This document shows, in pieces, positions 39,531 to 52,506 of a stretch of DNA of 64,000 nt. A program made the translations under genes and the position numbers. Position 1 is the first letter of the stretch; every line of letters starts with the position of its first letter. Source of the stretch: Octopus bimaculoides. Its lineage: Eukaryota. The notes below the pieces were generated by a model. That model was not told the origin of the DNA and ran no database searches. It saw only the letters and a program-made list of their open reading frames with translations. The DNA is taken from contig NC_068993.1 in assembly GCF_001194135.2 (NCBI RefSeq), forward strand, positions 25,861,432 to 25,925,431, written 5' to 3'.

Positions 39531-40226
39531 TTCAGGGATAGTCAACTCATAAAATTACTAACTAAACATTGTAGTGCAGATAGAACAATATCACATCAAC
39601 ATACTAATAATTGATTTCCATTTTTTTATTTCCCTGTCGGCATTATCATCTCTTTATCATATTTATGTACTACCGAAGCAAAGATGCAAAGAATATTTTC
39701 AACCACTACAAAGAGAATAATGTAAAAACCATAACGTTATAGTATTAGATTTTGTTTGTAATTTTTTTTTTTGAAGGGTGGGGAAATAAATAGTGCTTTG
39801 GTGTAGGCTGCTGTATGGTGATGTGGCAGTAGTGAGAAGTTGTACTGTTTACACCAGGAATCACAAGATATTCGTGAATATTTAATGAAGAATTGATTGA
39901 TATTAAAACTGTCTTAAGTGTATAAAAATTAGGAAAATAGATTTTGGTCAAAACTTAAAATTAAAATGGACGCTGTTTCCTGAAAATCATTTATAATGAC
40001 AATCTGTAATAAAATTTAGGAAAACAAGAACAAAATAAAAACGTTTACTCTTGTATTTTGTTTTTAACTTTTATATAAGTATTTATAATTATTTAGCTGG
40101 TTAATGAAATCAAAAAGACAAAAACTTTTCAAATAAACTTTTACTTCCTGTAATGTAAATAGCACTTGAACTGTTATCATATTCTTTACTGATTTGCTTA
40201 TGTATCAAGATGCTGACATAACTCAC

Positions 40227-40350
40227 ATTAAATAATGTCTTGCAAGCTATTAGGTGTCTGAGACACCATTGAAGAATTTTGTCTTCATTGTGCAATTCTA
40301 AAAATGACTCATTAAAATGAGTTCCAGTGGCTTTCCCTAGGCCCATGGCA
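40227..40350 (-). CDS. Candidate internal exon, 124 bp, phase 2-0, product unknown
   Basis: Acceptor ctttgttatcttgcag| and donor AAT|gtgagt. The open frame reads AMGLGKATGTHFNESFLELHNEDKILQWCLRHLIACKTLFN. Confidence 0.25.
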
Positions 40351-40524
40351 CTGCAAGATAACAAAGTTCCTGCTTACAACAGTGACTTTTCTTCAGTGGT
40401 GGTATCTATTCAAAGTTATGCAGACAGACAAATCAAGAGTTAAATGTCGTTGGATTAGATAGTCTTCATGACAAGGCACACTGCCAACTCTTGCATGTCA
40501 TTGACTCAACCACTCAATTTTTAT

Positions 40525-40850
40525 CTTTCACTTATTTCAGTCGTTGGACTGTGACTATGCTGGAGCACCCCTTTGAAGGGTTTAGTTGAAAGTGTTGACC
40601 TAGTAACTGTTTGTTTAAGCCTGGTACTTATTCTATCAGCCTCTTTCACTAAACCACTAAGTTACATGGGTATAAACAAACACTGGTTGTCAAATGATGG
40701 CTCACATATACAATAGGCTCCTTTCAGTTTCTCTCTACTAAATCTACTCACAACGCTTTGGTTAGCCCAATGATACAGTAAAAGACATCTGCCCAAAGTG
40801 CCACACACCTTATAGTTTGAAAGCAAACTTCTTGCTACACAACCATGTTT
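40525..40850 (-). mobile_element. SINE family B
   Basis: Reverse complement of the family B consensus. Confidence 0.8.
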
Positions 40851-41034
40851 GCTTCTTTCTAGATGCAGGCATGGCTGTTAGGAAATCCTAGATAAATATC
40901 TAGGATTTCCTAACATGAACCAATGTAATTATTTTTATATAATGTTAATATCTTGAGAAATGCATGAACATCATGACATTTTCTCTTCACTAAAAAGATG
41001 AAGCTTTATCTCTCTATCAGACACTAGTGTTGTG

Positions 41035-41400
41035 TTTAAGGTGGTGAACTGGCAGAATTGTTAGTGCGCCAGGTGAAATGCTTAGCAGCATTTCGTCTGT
41101 TTTCATATTCTGAGTTCAAATTCCACTGAGATCCTCTTTACCTTTCATCCTTTCAGGATTGATAAAATAGGTGCCAAAAATTGCTGGCCTTGTGCCAAAA
41201 TTTGAAATCAATAATATTGTGTATTTAAAATGATGAACTGGCAGAATTACTAGAATGTTGGAAGAAATACCTTGCTCTTCAGATTCTAAGTTAAAATTTT
41301 ACCAAAGTCAACTTATGTCTTTTTGGGGTCAATAAAATAAAGTTATCAAACAGTAATCGATTTGTCCCTCCCCTCATAAATGCTATCCTTGTGCCAAAGT
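41035..41400 (+). mobile_element. Two SINE family A copies in tandem
   Basis: AAGGTGGTGAACTGGCAGAATTG head; a second degenerate head at about 41228. Confidence 0.8.
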
Positions 41401-43282
41401 TACTAAGAATATTAGCGTCATGTTTAACTTTATGTCATCAAAGTAAAATAAAAGCCGGTACACTCCTAACCAGTTAAATGTTTTTAAAAGCCATCTTTTA
41501 ATAGAAGTTGCCAAAATGCTTCTACTGGAATTACATGTTATCATCGTATAATATATATTCAAACATCAGTCAAACTAAAATTAATAACTACATTACTATA
41601 GATCTTGATAAAAAACCAAGATGAAATGTCAGGTGAGCATTTTGGATGATTTTGATGGTAACCACTTTAGAATAAACAAAGATGTAGAATGAGATAATCA
41701 GATTTAATCTGAATGGATTAAAAGTAGAGTAAAAAATATGTCTGGAATGGTTTGATATGATTTTGGAAAATGCGAATTGGTAACCAATGGCAGTTTATTG
41801 AAACAGTGGGATGTTGGACCAAAATACATTATGGTAAATAGATACAAGTCAAAAGAACAATGATTAATCAGTGAAGGAAGCTAAGGAAGTAAACAGTGAT
41901 TAAATGAGATAGGACTTATGTGATCTCAGATTTGAATGGAATGTAGTATATCAAGTGGGGTTAGTCATTAGCAAATATATAATCAGCACTCTTTGTATTG
42001 TATATGTACTAAAAAAAATCTAATAATTAATAATAATAATAATAATAATGATAATAAGGATAATAAGGATGATGATGAGGATAATGATGACCAACTGTAA
42101 AATAAAATATAAAAATTAGAAATAAAGGCAACTAATGAAAATACTGTGAAGGTATTCATTCCTTGCTAATATAGAACAATAAACACAAGATGAACACTTG
42201 CTACTTATGATGATGATGTTAATGATTATGATGAAGAGGATGTTAATGATTATGACGATGACGATAGTTACTCAGTTAATGATTTGAAATTACAATATTT
42301 ATGTCATCTCAGTTAATCAGCTACCATTTGGGTTAAACTAGCACAACACTTGTTCTAACAGACAGACCTCAGTAGGTTATAAGCTTGAAACTCTTGCTTT
42401 TTAGAAAAGTGCTCAAGAGAAAATATTTCTGTTGCCCAGCACTAGTGTTTACCATGTGTTTACCAATTTTTCAAATTGGAACCCAACATTTCTGTGTTGA
42501 AAGAGGAGAGACTGAAAGGGTTGGCAAAAGGAAAATCATCAAACCATGAATCAAAAACCATACCAGCATGGAAAGATGGACATTGATGATGATGATGATG
42601 GGGGGGGGGGANNNNNNNNNNGGGGATGGTGGTGGTGGTGGTGGTGGTGGTGAAGATGATACTGAGGAGGGAGAAGAGGAAGAGTAGTGTGGTGTTATAA
42701 ATATGTAGTTTTTCCTTTGTCTCCAGTTTTTCAGATTGATGATGTTCAAAGTTTTTTTTTTTTTCTCATTTTATGATGACCTACTCTGAAGCTACTCCTC
42801 ACTGACTTAAACTGATACAAAATAGATATACTTAGGATAAGGTGAAACCTTGCTCCCACTTTTGTATTGTTGTACTTTTAACAATACAACTTATTAAACT
42901 GTCTGTCATCATTTATCCCAGGTGAAAACCAGGCTTAATTACCATCGCAGAATTAAGTGGTTAATGATAAGAAGGGCATCGAGCTATAAAAAGAGGACTA
43001 GCTTTGTTAATATGGAGATGGGTTTGAAACAATAAAACAAAAGAAAAAAAACAGCCTCCAGAGATAAGTGTAAGTTGACAGACAAATGGATGGGCATTCT
43101 AGTTTTTTTTAGCTCAAATCTGATGAAGATGATGATAGTTGGCCGAGATGAGATGGAGACACAATAACCTGATAAAAGGCTTCATTCAAGAAAATTGAAT
43201 GAAAAAAAGAACACAAACAATGAAAATGATAAAATCAAGATAAATCATGTACTCACAAATTGTGTGTTTGCACGTATGTATG

Positions 43283-43316
<34 letters not shown>

Positions 43317-43879
43317 TGTATGTATGTATGCATGTGTGTATGTATGTTTTTGAGTTTGCGTGTGTGTGTGTATGCATGTATGTATGTATGAGTGTGTGTA
43401 TGTACATATGTATGTATGTTTGTATGTATGCATGTATGTATGTATGTGTGTATATATACATAAATTCATATGTATGCTTGTATGCGTGTGTGTATGAACA
43501 TATACACACATGCACGCATGCACACATGTGCATGTGTTGTATAAACATAAATATACACTTATATGACTGTATTTTTTACCCTTTTTTTCTTTAGATATTA
43601 ACTGTATAACTACAAATCATTTAAAGACATGTTATAGGGGAAAATAGAATTAGGAGGAAACTGACAGGCTGACAGACAGACGGACAGATAGATAGACAGA
43701 TAGAGAGAGAGATAAAGAGAGAGATAAAGAGAGAGAGAGGTGAAAATATCGCTGTAAATGAATTCTTACTATTATACTAAGAAACTGAGGCACACTTTTG
43801 GTATCAAAACAATATCTACTTCTATTTTGTTTATTATTAGATTGTTAACTAAATATCTATTAAATAGATCTTGCCTTAC

Positions 43880-43975
43880 AAAAAAAAAATAACATTGAGC
43901 CATGTTATTGCTGCTGTTGTTGTTGTTCATCTTCCTTTTCTTTTCCTTCTTCTTCTTCTTCTTCTTCTTCTTCTT

Positions 43976-44006
<31 letters not shown>

Positions 44007-45900
44007 TTATTATTACAATAATTTATTCTTGTAATGTGAAGATGGGCGAAGGTTTGGCTGTGTGGTAAGAAGCTTCCTTCCTAACCTCATGGTACTGGGT
44101 TCAGTCCCACTGTGTGGCACATTAGGCAAGTGTCTTCTACTATAGCCTTAGGCCGACCAAAGCCTTATGAGTGGATTTGGTAGACGGAAACTGAAAGAAG
44201 CCCATCACATATATATTATGTTTGTATGTGTCTCTGTTTGTCCCCCACCATTGCTTGATAACTGATGTTGGTTTGTTTGTGTCCCTCATCACTAAAAGAG
44301 ACCAACAGAATAAGTACTAGGCTTACAAAGAAGAAGTCCTGGGGTTGATTTGTTCGACTAAAGGCAGTGCTCCAGCATGGCTGCAGTCAAATGACTGGAA
44401 CAAGAAAAAGAATAAAAGAATGTCTTTTTTATTCTCTTCAAAATAAGTTTTATTTCAAGCATTTCCAAATTATGTTTTACTTTTTAATTACTTATAAAAA
44501 AAAAAACTATTCCTAAATAGGGGTTGCCCTCAATATCTGAAGTGGACACCAAAGAAAAAAGAAAAAAATGGAAGTTTGTTTTGCAAGCTTTTAGATTATA
44601 TTTATACAAATTACATTTTTACATCCAAAATGGCTACCACTCGTAATTATGCCACTCACAAAAAAACTCTACAATGGCTAAAAAGAAAAAGGAAATACAA
44701 CAATATCAGAACACACAAAAGGAAGAGTGACAGTAATAGTAATAACAATAGTGGTAACAATTCTTACATGATACCAAATACTTCCTTTGGTTCATTCATC
44801 AAGCAGTTGTGTGAAGATAAACCTTCCCTCATCACTAAATCAACAGACAGAATTTTTGGATCTATCACTGTTATAAGAAAAAAGTGTGGATGGGAGAATT
44901 TTGTAAAACCTAACAATACTTCACCCAAAAAGACAAAGAGAAAAATTATACATTTCTTCTTATGAAAAAATGGATGCTGATTAAATTTTTCTTTCACATC
45001 AAGTAATACAAGTTCTCCAAGAAATATCAAGAGATATTATCTCAAATGAAAAAGGCTCCAGCTATGTTACTATTTATTGTACTTTTAAAACTGGTAATGC
45101 AACCAAAACACAGATGGAAATTGCCAGACATACCTCTTACTCTTTAACATAAGTTAAAAAAACACAAGAGTCACAATAAGAGATATCAGACTCAACCTAG
45201 ACCCATGGCTAATAGTGACTTTAGTGTAGTAACATGGAAGAGTTAAAGCAGGCTGAAGAAAAGATGACATTTGGTCAGATGATGTCAAAATGGACTTGCA
45301 AGTCCTAGTAACACCCATAGGCCACAGATCTATACCAGAAAGGTAACAAACAGAAGGCATGAGATTGATGATAGAGAGCAGAAAATCTAATTGTTATATT
45401 TGTCAGAGTAAAACTCATCTTTGAGTTGAATGTCAAGAAGAACTGGAAAAATTAAAAAACAAAGAAAATGAAAATAATGAAAACCAACAGCAACAACAAA
45501 AACACCAGCAGACCTTATTTTCCATAGAATCATCAACGAACATTCTGAAGATAACAAAGTAAATATCTTTAGGCTCAATATCACAAATAGATGAGCAAGT
45601 CCTCCCTCCCCTAAAAGTACCAACTGTAATATCACACTTTCATTGTGCAATAAGGAAGAAATAATTACAGATGAAAATATGAAAAGTGAAATGGTAAAGA
45701 AAATCACAAAAAGATATAAGGTAAGGAGGAACAGTTTCTTCTAGGCGGAAACAAAATCCTGCTTCAAGAAAATAACACAGAGAAAACAGAGGATGAAAAT
45801 GAACTAAAATTCACCATTAAGAGACAAAATTATGCATCTCTAGTGCCACAGTCTCTCCCCGAAAGTTAGAATGACACTTAAACAGTTCAGTCTAGAATAT
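43880..45900 (+). mobile_element. Degenerate LINE 5' region and gag-like ORF1 (probably L1/Tx1-like), interrupted by a SINE
   Basis: ORF 44576-44965 contains MATTRNYATHKKTLQWLK. A CCHC knuckle CYICQSKTHL*VEC lies at 45392-45433. Homologous to 16960-17520. Confidence 0.5.
44045..44420 (+). mobile_element. SINE family B, best-preserved copy
   Basis: tRNA-like head (TGGCTGTGTGG A box, GGTTCAGTCCC B box), core GGCAAGTGTCTTCTACTATAGCC..GTGGATTTGGTAGACGGAAACTGAAAGAAGCCC, tail GGCAGTGCTCCAGCATGGCTGCAGTCAAATGACTG. Confidence 0.9.
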
Positions 45901-46176
45901 AATCAGCATTCAAAATATAAACTGATAGTAAAATCAAAATTAAGACATGATATCAAATGTAAGAAAAGAATAATTTTAAGTTGTTGGTAATTTTCAATAG
46001 CAAATATCTCAAAAATTCTTAATGGTGCATTTGATTATACTTGAAATGGTTAAATGGTTTTGGAGTACTCAGCTCAGTCTAGCCAGGAGACCTCATTTCA
46101 TTAAATTATATATTATTTTAATGTATTTCATTGTACTTTTTCATTTATATGTGCACATGTATGCATGTGTGTATGT

Positions 46177-46215
<39 letters not shown>

Positions 46216-46369
46216 CGCACGCACATGAGTGCACCTTGGAAATGTTTTATACATCCTTCTATACATTGTATAAAATCTTTTACCAGTTAAACACTGGGTT
46301 GATGTAATTGATTTACCCCCTCCTACAAACTTACAGACCTTCTGCTAAAATTTGAAACCAATATTCTTC

Positions 46370-47006
46370 TTATCTTCCTTTTCTTCCTTTTATAATCCCA
46401 TATTCCCTTTCCTTCTCTTTTTAATCTGTCAGCCTGTAGCTTTATAAACTGCACCTTCTTGTAATTCCTTCATTCTTTCATTTCCAACCATTTGTATACC
46501 TTTGATTTGGACCAATTTTCCTCTTCCCAAAACTAACACTGTAGTGTTAATTAACTTTGGTAGGTCAAAGTCCATTTGAATATCTTCAAATTCTATTTAC
46601 TAGACTATCCAGCAATTCCACATTATTTTAGAACAACTTCAAATCATCCATATAGAGGTTCAGCTTTCCAATGCCTCTCCCCAGATCATATATAGGCTGT
46701 CTTTATCTTTCATATAATACTAGTGACTGGCATAAGAGCTACAAGGAATAAAAGTGCTTCCCTGAAATATTCTTCATTTTATGTTAACTTCCCCAGTGAT
46801 TCTGTCCCAGTTACTAGTTCAGTATTCCATTGACTTATGTTTCCACACATTAATGCTACTCCATAGAAATAAGCTCCAGCTATGCACTAATATATCCAGG
46901 CCATTCCCAGATTTGTCAGTCTTCTCTTACAGTTTTTTTACTACCATTGTGTCTTCCTTAAATCCTACTGCTTCCTTTATTATATTTGTTGCAGCACATA
47001 TCAAAG
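46370..47006 (-). mobile_element. Dong/R4-clade LINE, RT part (left half of an element split by Tigger)
   Basis: Minus strand reads TLICAATNII, MVVKNCKRRLTNLGMAWI, GEVNIK*RIFQG and LNLYMDDLKLF (YMDD at 46643-46654). Confidence 0.85.
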
Positions 47007-47008
47007 TA

Positions 47009-50000
47009 CAGTAGAATCTCACAGTAAAAGTACAACATTATACGAGTGATTTGCTGCACAAGCTGAGGCTTGTGCTAATATCTGTCTTGAATTACAAGTG
47101 GAAGTCCGCAGTATGAGCAAGTTTTATACACGTGACTGCTAGTCAGTGCTGAGCTCACACATACTCTCCCAACAAGTGCAGCCTCCATTTGCTCAGTTCA
47201 CATGTTTGTCTCGTAGAAGCATCCCTGTTGTGCTTTTCCCAATGTTTTTTATTAGTTTTGTGCATTTTTTGTTATAATAATTAGTTGTGTTAGCCATGGG
47301 TCCTAAGAAGGTTAGTGCAAAGGACAGTGCTGAAAAGAAGGAAAAGCTGATTGCGATAGAATTGAAGAAGGAAATCATTGAGAAACATGATAAAGGAGTG
47401 TGTGTAGTGGACTTAGCATGTCAAAGTTACATATAATAAATAAGATAAACAGACAACAGTAAAAACAATGTAATGAACTAACAAATCTCTTTACGAACCC
47501 ACAATCAATATTCCTTGTGAACCAACCAACTGATACATTCCGACTTCACTGCAAACTAACACAAACTTCACTTGACTCCGAACTCTGAACCTTTCGGATT
47601 GTTACTATCTATACTTTATTCGAACTAGTCTATTTCTCACAAGGTGGCATCATAACTCTCATTACAATATCTCGTCTTCTCCCCTTTTGAGATTTCGACT
47701 ACTGTGAGACGGGAATTTCTTTTATTCATTTTTTTCTTTCCAGCACCTCTCCCACTTTTTTTTTTTTTTAGCTGTTGTATTTTAATTGTTACCTGACTTC
47801 TATGTTAGTATTGTTTGTTGCACACAGCACTTTTTTACGTTGTGCTAAGCACTCTTGTTTTTGGTTTTTGCTTTTTTTTTGAAAATTTAATATTTTTTCG
47901 TTTAGGTATTACTTCCAGATATTCGGACTGTTTTCGTTTTCTGAAGCTAGTTCTACAGGGTTCAATATCTCTTGGTGCTAGCACTTCAAACATATAAAAT
48001 ACTTCCATTGGAATTACCCTTTGTTCTTCTGTATGTCTCATCTTTAACTGGTTAAGGGGGCTCTTATGTTCCGAAAGTTGTCCTTTAATTAAATACATCA
48101 TGTTACCTAATCTTTTGATTACACAACCATCCTGCCAACCTTCTTTACCAGTTTTGTAATTTTCTAAATGCACTTTATCTCCTACTTTGAGATGTTTTGA
48201 AATATTTCTTGTATTTCCTTCAAATGTATTTTTTGTCTTCCCTTTATATGTATTTTTTCCTGGCAATATTTTATCGATGATCGATTTTTATTTTATGCAC
48301 GAATATTAACTCTGCTGGTGACTTTCCTGAATTAGTATTTGGATTTGCCATTATTCTATATAATATCAAAAATTTTGTTACTGCCATGTCACTATCTAGC
48401 TCATTCTTAGTTTTTCTTAGGGCTCTTTTGAACATGTCGACAAATCTTTCTGCCTGCCTATTTGACCTCAAGTGGTAGGGCAGGGTAAAGATGTGCCTTA
48501 TGGCATGTATTTTGCAGAAATTTCTAAATTTATATCCTGTTAACTGTATTCCATTATCTGAAACTAAAGAGTCCGGAACACTGTATCGAGCAAATAACTA
48601 GAGTAGGGACTTTATTGTTGTCTTTGTTGTGGGTTTACATACCTCTGACCACTATGTATACCAATTGGTACCAGACAGATCAGTTGCATTTTTAACAACG
48701 AAGGCTTTCATCTTACATGTTTTTCCTTGAAATGTGACATTAGTCCACATTTCACTTATGACATGTAATTTGTCGCCTGTCATGCTACGAGCAGATTTTG
48801 CTGTTTTTCTCAACATAGTTTTCCCTCTTTTCTTCCATGTGTCCATATTTATTATTGAAATATCACTCCCAGTATCCAATTGAAGTTTAATATGTATTCC
48901 ATTTACTTTTATGTGTACAAATTTTCTTATTTTGGGCGTCAATTTTTGTTTCTGTTGAGAGCACTCTAGGAGTTTTAACATCTGACCTTCGTAATTTTGA
49001 TCTACAGTGTGAACTTTTGTACCAATTCTTTGGTAATTGTAGCATTTTCGATTTTTTAATGGACAGTCTCTTCTGAAATGTATGCCCCCACATCCATAAC
49101 ATGGATTAAGGCATGGCGCTCTTTTTTGGTTGTACTTTTTTGGTTGGTATATCTGTATTTTTGAGGAATCCTTTTCTTGAAATTTTCTACATTGTGTTTC
49201 AGGTTTACCATCCTTTAGAATTCTTCTGTGATGGACTATAAAGGTTAGATCCTGGTTTGCTTGTTCTAATTTAGAAATAATTTTTGCCTGAATTTCTGTA
49301 TCTTTGCTTGCTGTAAGGCCTTGTACAAAAATAAGACACTTGAATATCTCAGTTCTTTGAGTTTAAAACTTTCACACATCCTGGTGACTTTCCTACACAT
49401 GTGATAAAATCATCATTCTCTTTTTCCATTATATTCCAACACTCCATTCAGGTGTTAAATAGAGAAGTTTTATCACAAATATGTTAGACAGTAATTCTAT
49501 TGTTTCTTTAAAACAAATTTCATGGAGTTTTTTTGGGTAATATGAAATTACAGTAATGATCATGCTCTAATGGAGCTAATTTTCACAATAATAATCTCAC
49601 TTTTTGTTCATTCAACCATGATTTGCAATCTTGCTTAAAAATCTCCTTGTACCTTCTGTAGTACAATGCAAAAGTTACACCCTCCTCTGGGTTATAACTG
49701 AATTAATTAATCAACTTTGAACTGCCATCTGGCGAAAATGAACTTGCCTCGTTTTTGGACTCCTTTGAATATAGCTCCAATAATTCTTGTTGTAGTTGTT
49801 GCTGCAATAGTTGCTTCTGCAACTCCTGTTGCTGCTCTTGCTGTTGCTTTTGCAACTGAACTATGCGAGTTAATAGGTCTTCCATGATTTAACAAGTTGT
49901 ATCACAAACAAATTTTTAAATAATCTACATGAGCTTCAAAACCCTTGTTACCAGATGTTGTAATGTAGTTTGCTATGTACAATAAATAAGATAAACAGAC

Positions 50001-52130
50001 ATCAGTGGAAACAATGTAACGAACTAACAAATCTCTTTATGAACCAACAATCAATATTCCTTGTGAACTAACCAACCAACACCTTCCAACTTCACTGCAA
50101 GCTAACATGAACTTCACTCAACTCCAAACTCTGAACCTCTCAGATTGTTACTATTTATACTTTATTTGGACAAGTCTATCTCTTGCAAGGGGCCGTCATA
50201 ACTCTCATCGCAACATGACCGAAGCACATCAACGACCGGCACCATCCTGAAGAAAAAGGATGAGATCAGGTACATTACAACAATAAAGGGTGTCTCCAGG
50301 TTCTCCAAGCAGTACACATCTGTCCATGAAGAGGTGGAAAAATTGCTTCTCCTGTGGATCAACAAGAAGCAACTCACACAGATATTATTATGGAGATCAT
50401 CATCTGCGAGAAAGAACAAGCACCATATGGGCATCTCTTGAAGCAGAACCCTGGAACATCGACAGAGGAGACATCAGTAGATGCACTTAAGGCTAGTCAT
50501 GGCTGGTTCAATAATTTCAAGAAGAGGACTGGTGTTCATAGCGTCATCAGGTATGAAGAAGCAGTGAGTTCTGACATGAAGGCAACTGAAGATTTCATGC
50601 ATGAATTCTTGCAGCACATTGCAGCTGAGTGGTGCATTGCACAACAGGTATTCAACTGTGATAAAACTGACCTTTTTTCAGAAAAAGTGCCCAAAAGAAC
50701 CAACATAACTACAGAGAAGAAAATGTCAGGCCACAAGCCTATGAAATATAGGCTAACTCCAGCCCCTTGTGCCAATGTAAATGGAGACTTGAAGATTAAG
50801 CTGCTCCTTGTTCACCATTCTGAAAACCCATGAGAGTTCAAGTCACAAAATCCTGAAGAAGCTGCAGGTTATGTGAAGGGTAAAAGTTAAAGCCTGGATA
50901 ACCAGGCAATTCTTCATTGAGGGATCAACCTTATATATAGATCAGCAGTGAAATAGTACCTTCTGGATAACGATTTATCTCTCAAGGCTCTCCTGATCCT
51001 CGACAGTGTTCCTGCTCACGCTTCTAACTTCAAAGATGGTATCCTGGATGAATTTAAATTCATAAAAGTTCTATGCATGTTACGCAGCACCACTCCTATC
51101 TTGCAGACCATGGACCAACAGGTGATTTCTAATTTTAAGAAACTGTACATCAAGCACTTGTTTCATTGGTGCTTTGAAGTAACCAAGAATACAAATCTAA
51201 CCCTTCGTGAGTTTTAGAAGGAGCACTACAATATTGTTAACTGCTTGAAGATCATCGATATGGCAGGGTGTAATGAGGAGAATATTGAATTGAGTCTGAG
51301 ACACCTATAGTCAAAGAGATAGTGTCTCTTGACAAGTCCATGGGCCTCATGGTTGATGATGGGGACATTAACAATCTCATCAAGGAACACTCAGAGGAGC
51401 TGACGAGAGATGAACTCTTGTAGCTTCAAGAGCAGCAGCATTCGTATGCAGTGGAAGAGATTGGAGGACAGTGTAGTGGAGGGAGACAGAGTAACAGAAA
51501 AGGCTATCTCTACGAGTGACATAAAGGCAGTGTTGGCAAAGTGGCACTATGTTTCTGAATTGGTAGAAAAATATTCTTTAAAAATATCTACAGTTCGTGC
51601 AGCTGCTTTATTTAATGATACTGCTCTGATGCATTTTTGTAACATTTTGAAATGCAGGAAAAAGCAGACTTCTTTTGATGTTTCTAAAGAAATGACCTAC
51701 AAGTGTGAAAAGTGAAGAAAGTGAGTCCAAAAAGCCTAAATTAAGTGAAGTGAGAGAGAAAATGCCAGAAATTATTCTTCCTGAAGTCTTAATGAAAGGA
51801 GATTTTCTTTTCCAACAATAATCCTCCTCTTCTCCACACCATCATCTTCCTCGCACACAAATCATTATATCTTTAAAGTAATTAAATTAATAAAACCAGT
51901 TTACATATTTCTTTTGCAGTCTCATGTTTTTATAATTGTCGTTTTCCTTGTAACTGCCCCTTTTCTGTTTTAAAACTCATAAAAAATGATTTTTGGATAG
52001 TTTTGTGGGGCTGGAATGGATTAATTATATTTTAATTAATTTCAATGGAAAAATTGATTTGTAGAATAAGTAAATTGTAAAACAAGGTCAGTCATGAAAT
52101 CAATTAAAATCACACAGTGAGGTATTGCTG
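47009..52130 (+). mobile_element. Tigger/pogo DNA transposon, full length but degenerate, split by a Gypsy insertion
   Basis: TA+CAGTAGAATCTCACAG at the left end and CTGTGTG-complement end ..GAGGTATTGCTG+TA at the right (imperfect TIRs). Transposase starts MGPKKVSAKDSAEKKEKLIAIELKKEIIEKH at 47296 and resumes DRSTSTTGTILKKK at 50216. It contains ASHGWFNNFKKR, QQVFNCDKTDLF and PILQTMDQQVISNFKKLY. Confidence 0.9.
47424..50215 (-). mobile_element. Ty3/Gypsy LTR retrotransposon, internally deleted (gag, protease, integrase core; no RT/RNase H)
   Basis: 5' LTR at 49956-50215 (TGTTG..CAACA). 3' LTR at about 47435-47669 is ~86% identical over 235 bp. PBS-like TCTGGTAACAAGG and PPT AAAAGGGGAGAAGACGAG are present. 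Gag starts MEDLLTRIVQLQ (49885), protease has LQLDTGSDISII, and integrase has LVSDNGIQ..PYHLRSNRQAERFV. Confidence 0.92.
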
Positions 52131-52132
52131 TA

Positions 52133-52365
52133 TTTATTTTAGTTATATTGTTTGTTGGAAACTTATTGTTCCAACAAATAATATAATGTGCCATTTACTT
52201 TTTGTGTATTGAGTTTGACCTAATTCCAATCTACACATTTTAAGTTTGGTGGGATTTTCTCAGGATCTTTTTGCATTTTTTCCCAGAACTGTTAAAATTG
52301 TATTTTTCACTTAATCTAATCCTGCAACTTCTGCATTCCTAATTATTATTTTTCCGTCAAGCATT

Positions 52366-52370
<5 letters not shown>
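52133..52370 (-). mobile_element. Dong/R4 LINE N-terminal part (right half of the split element)
   Basis: PPNLKCVDWN*VKLNTQKVNGTL..NNITKIN joins across the TA duplication to TLICAATNII at 47006. Confidence 0.65.
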
Positions 52371-52419
<49 letters not shown>

Positions 52420-52440
52420 ATAATATTAATAATAATAATA

Positions 52441-52499
<59 letters not shown>

Positions 52500-52506
<7 letters not shown>

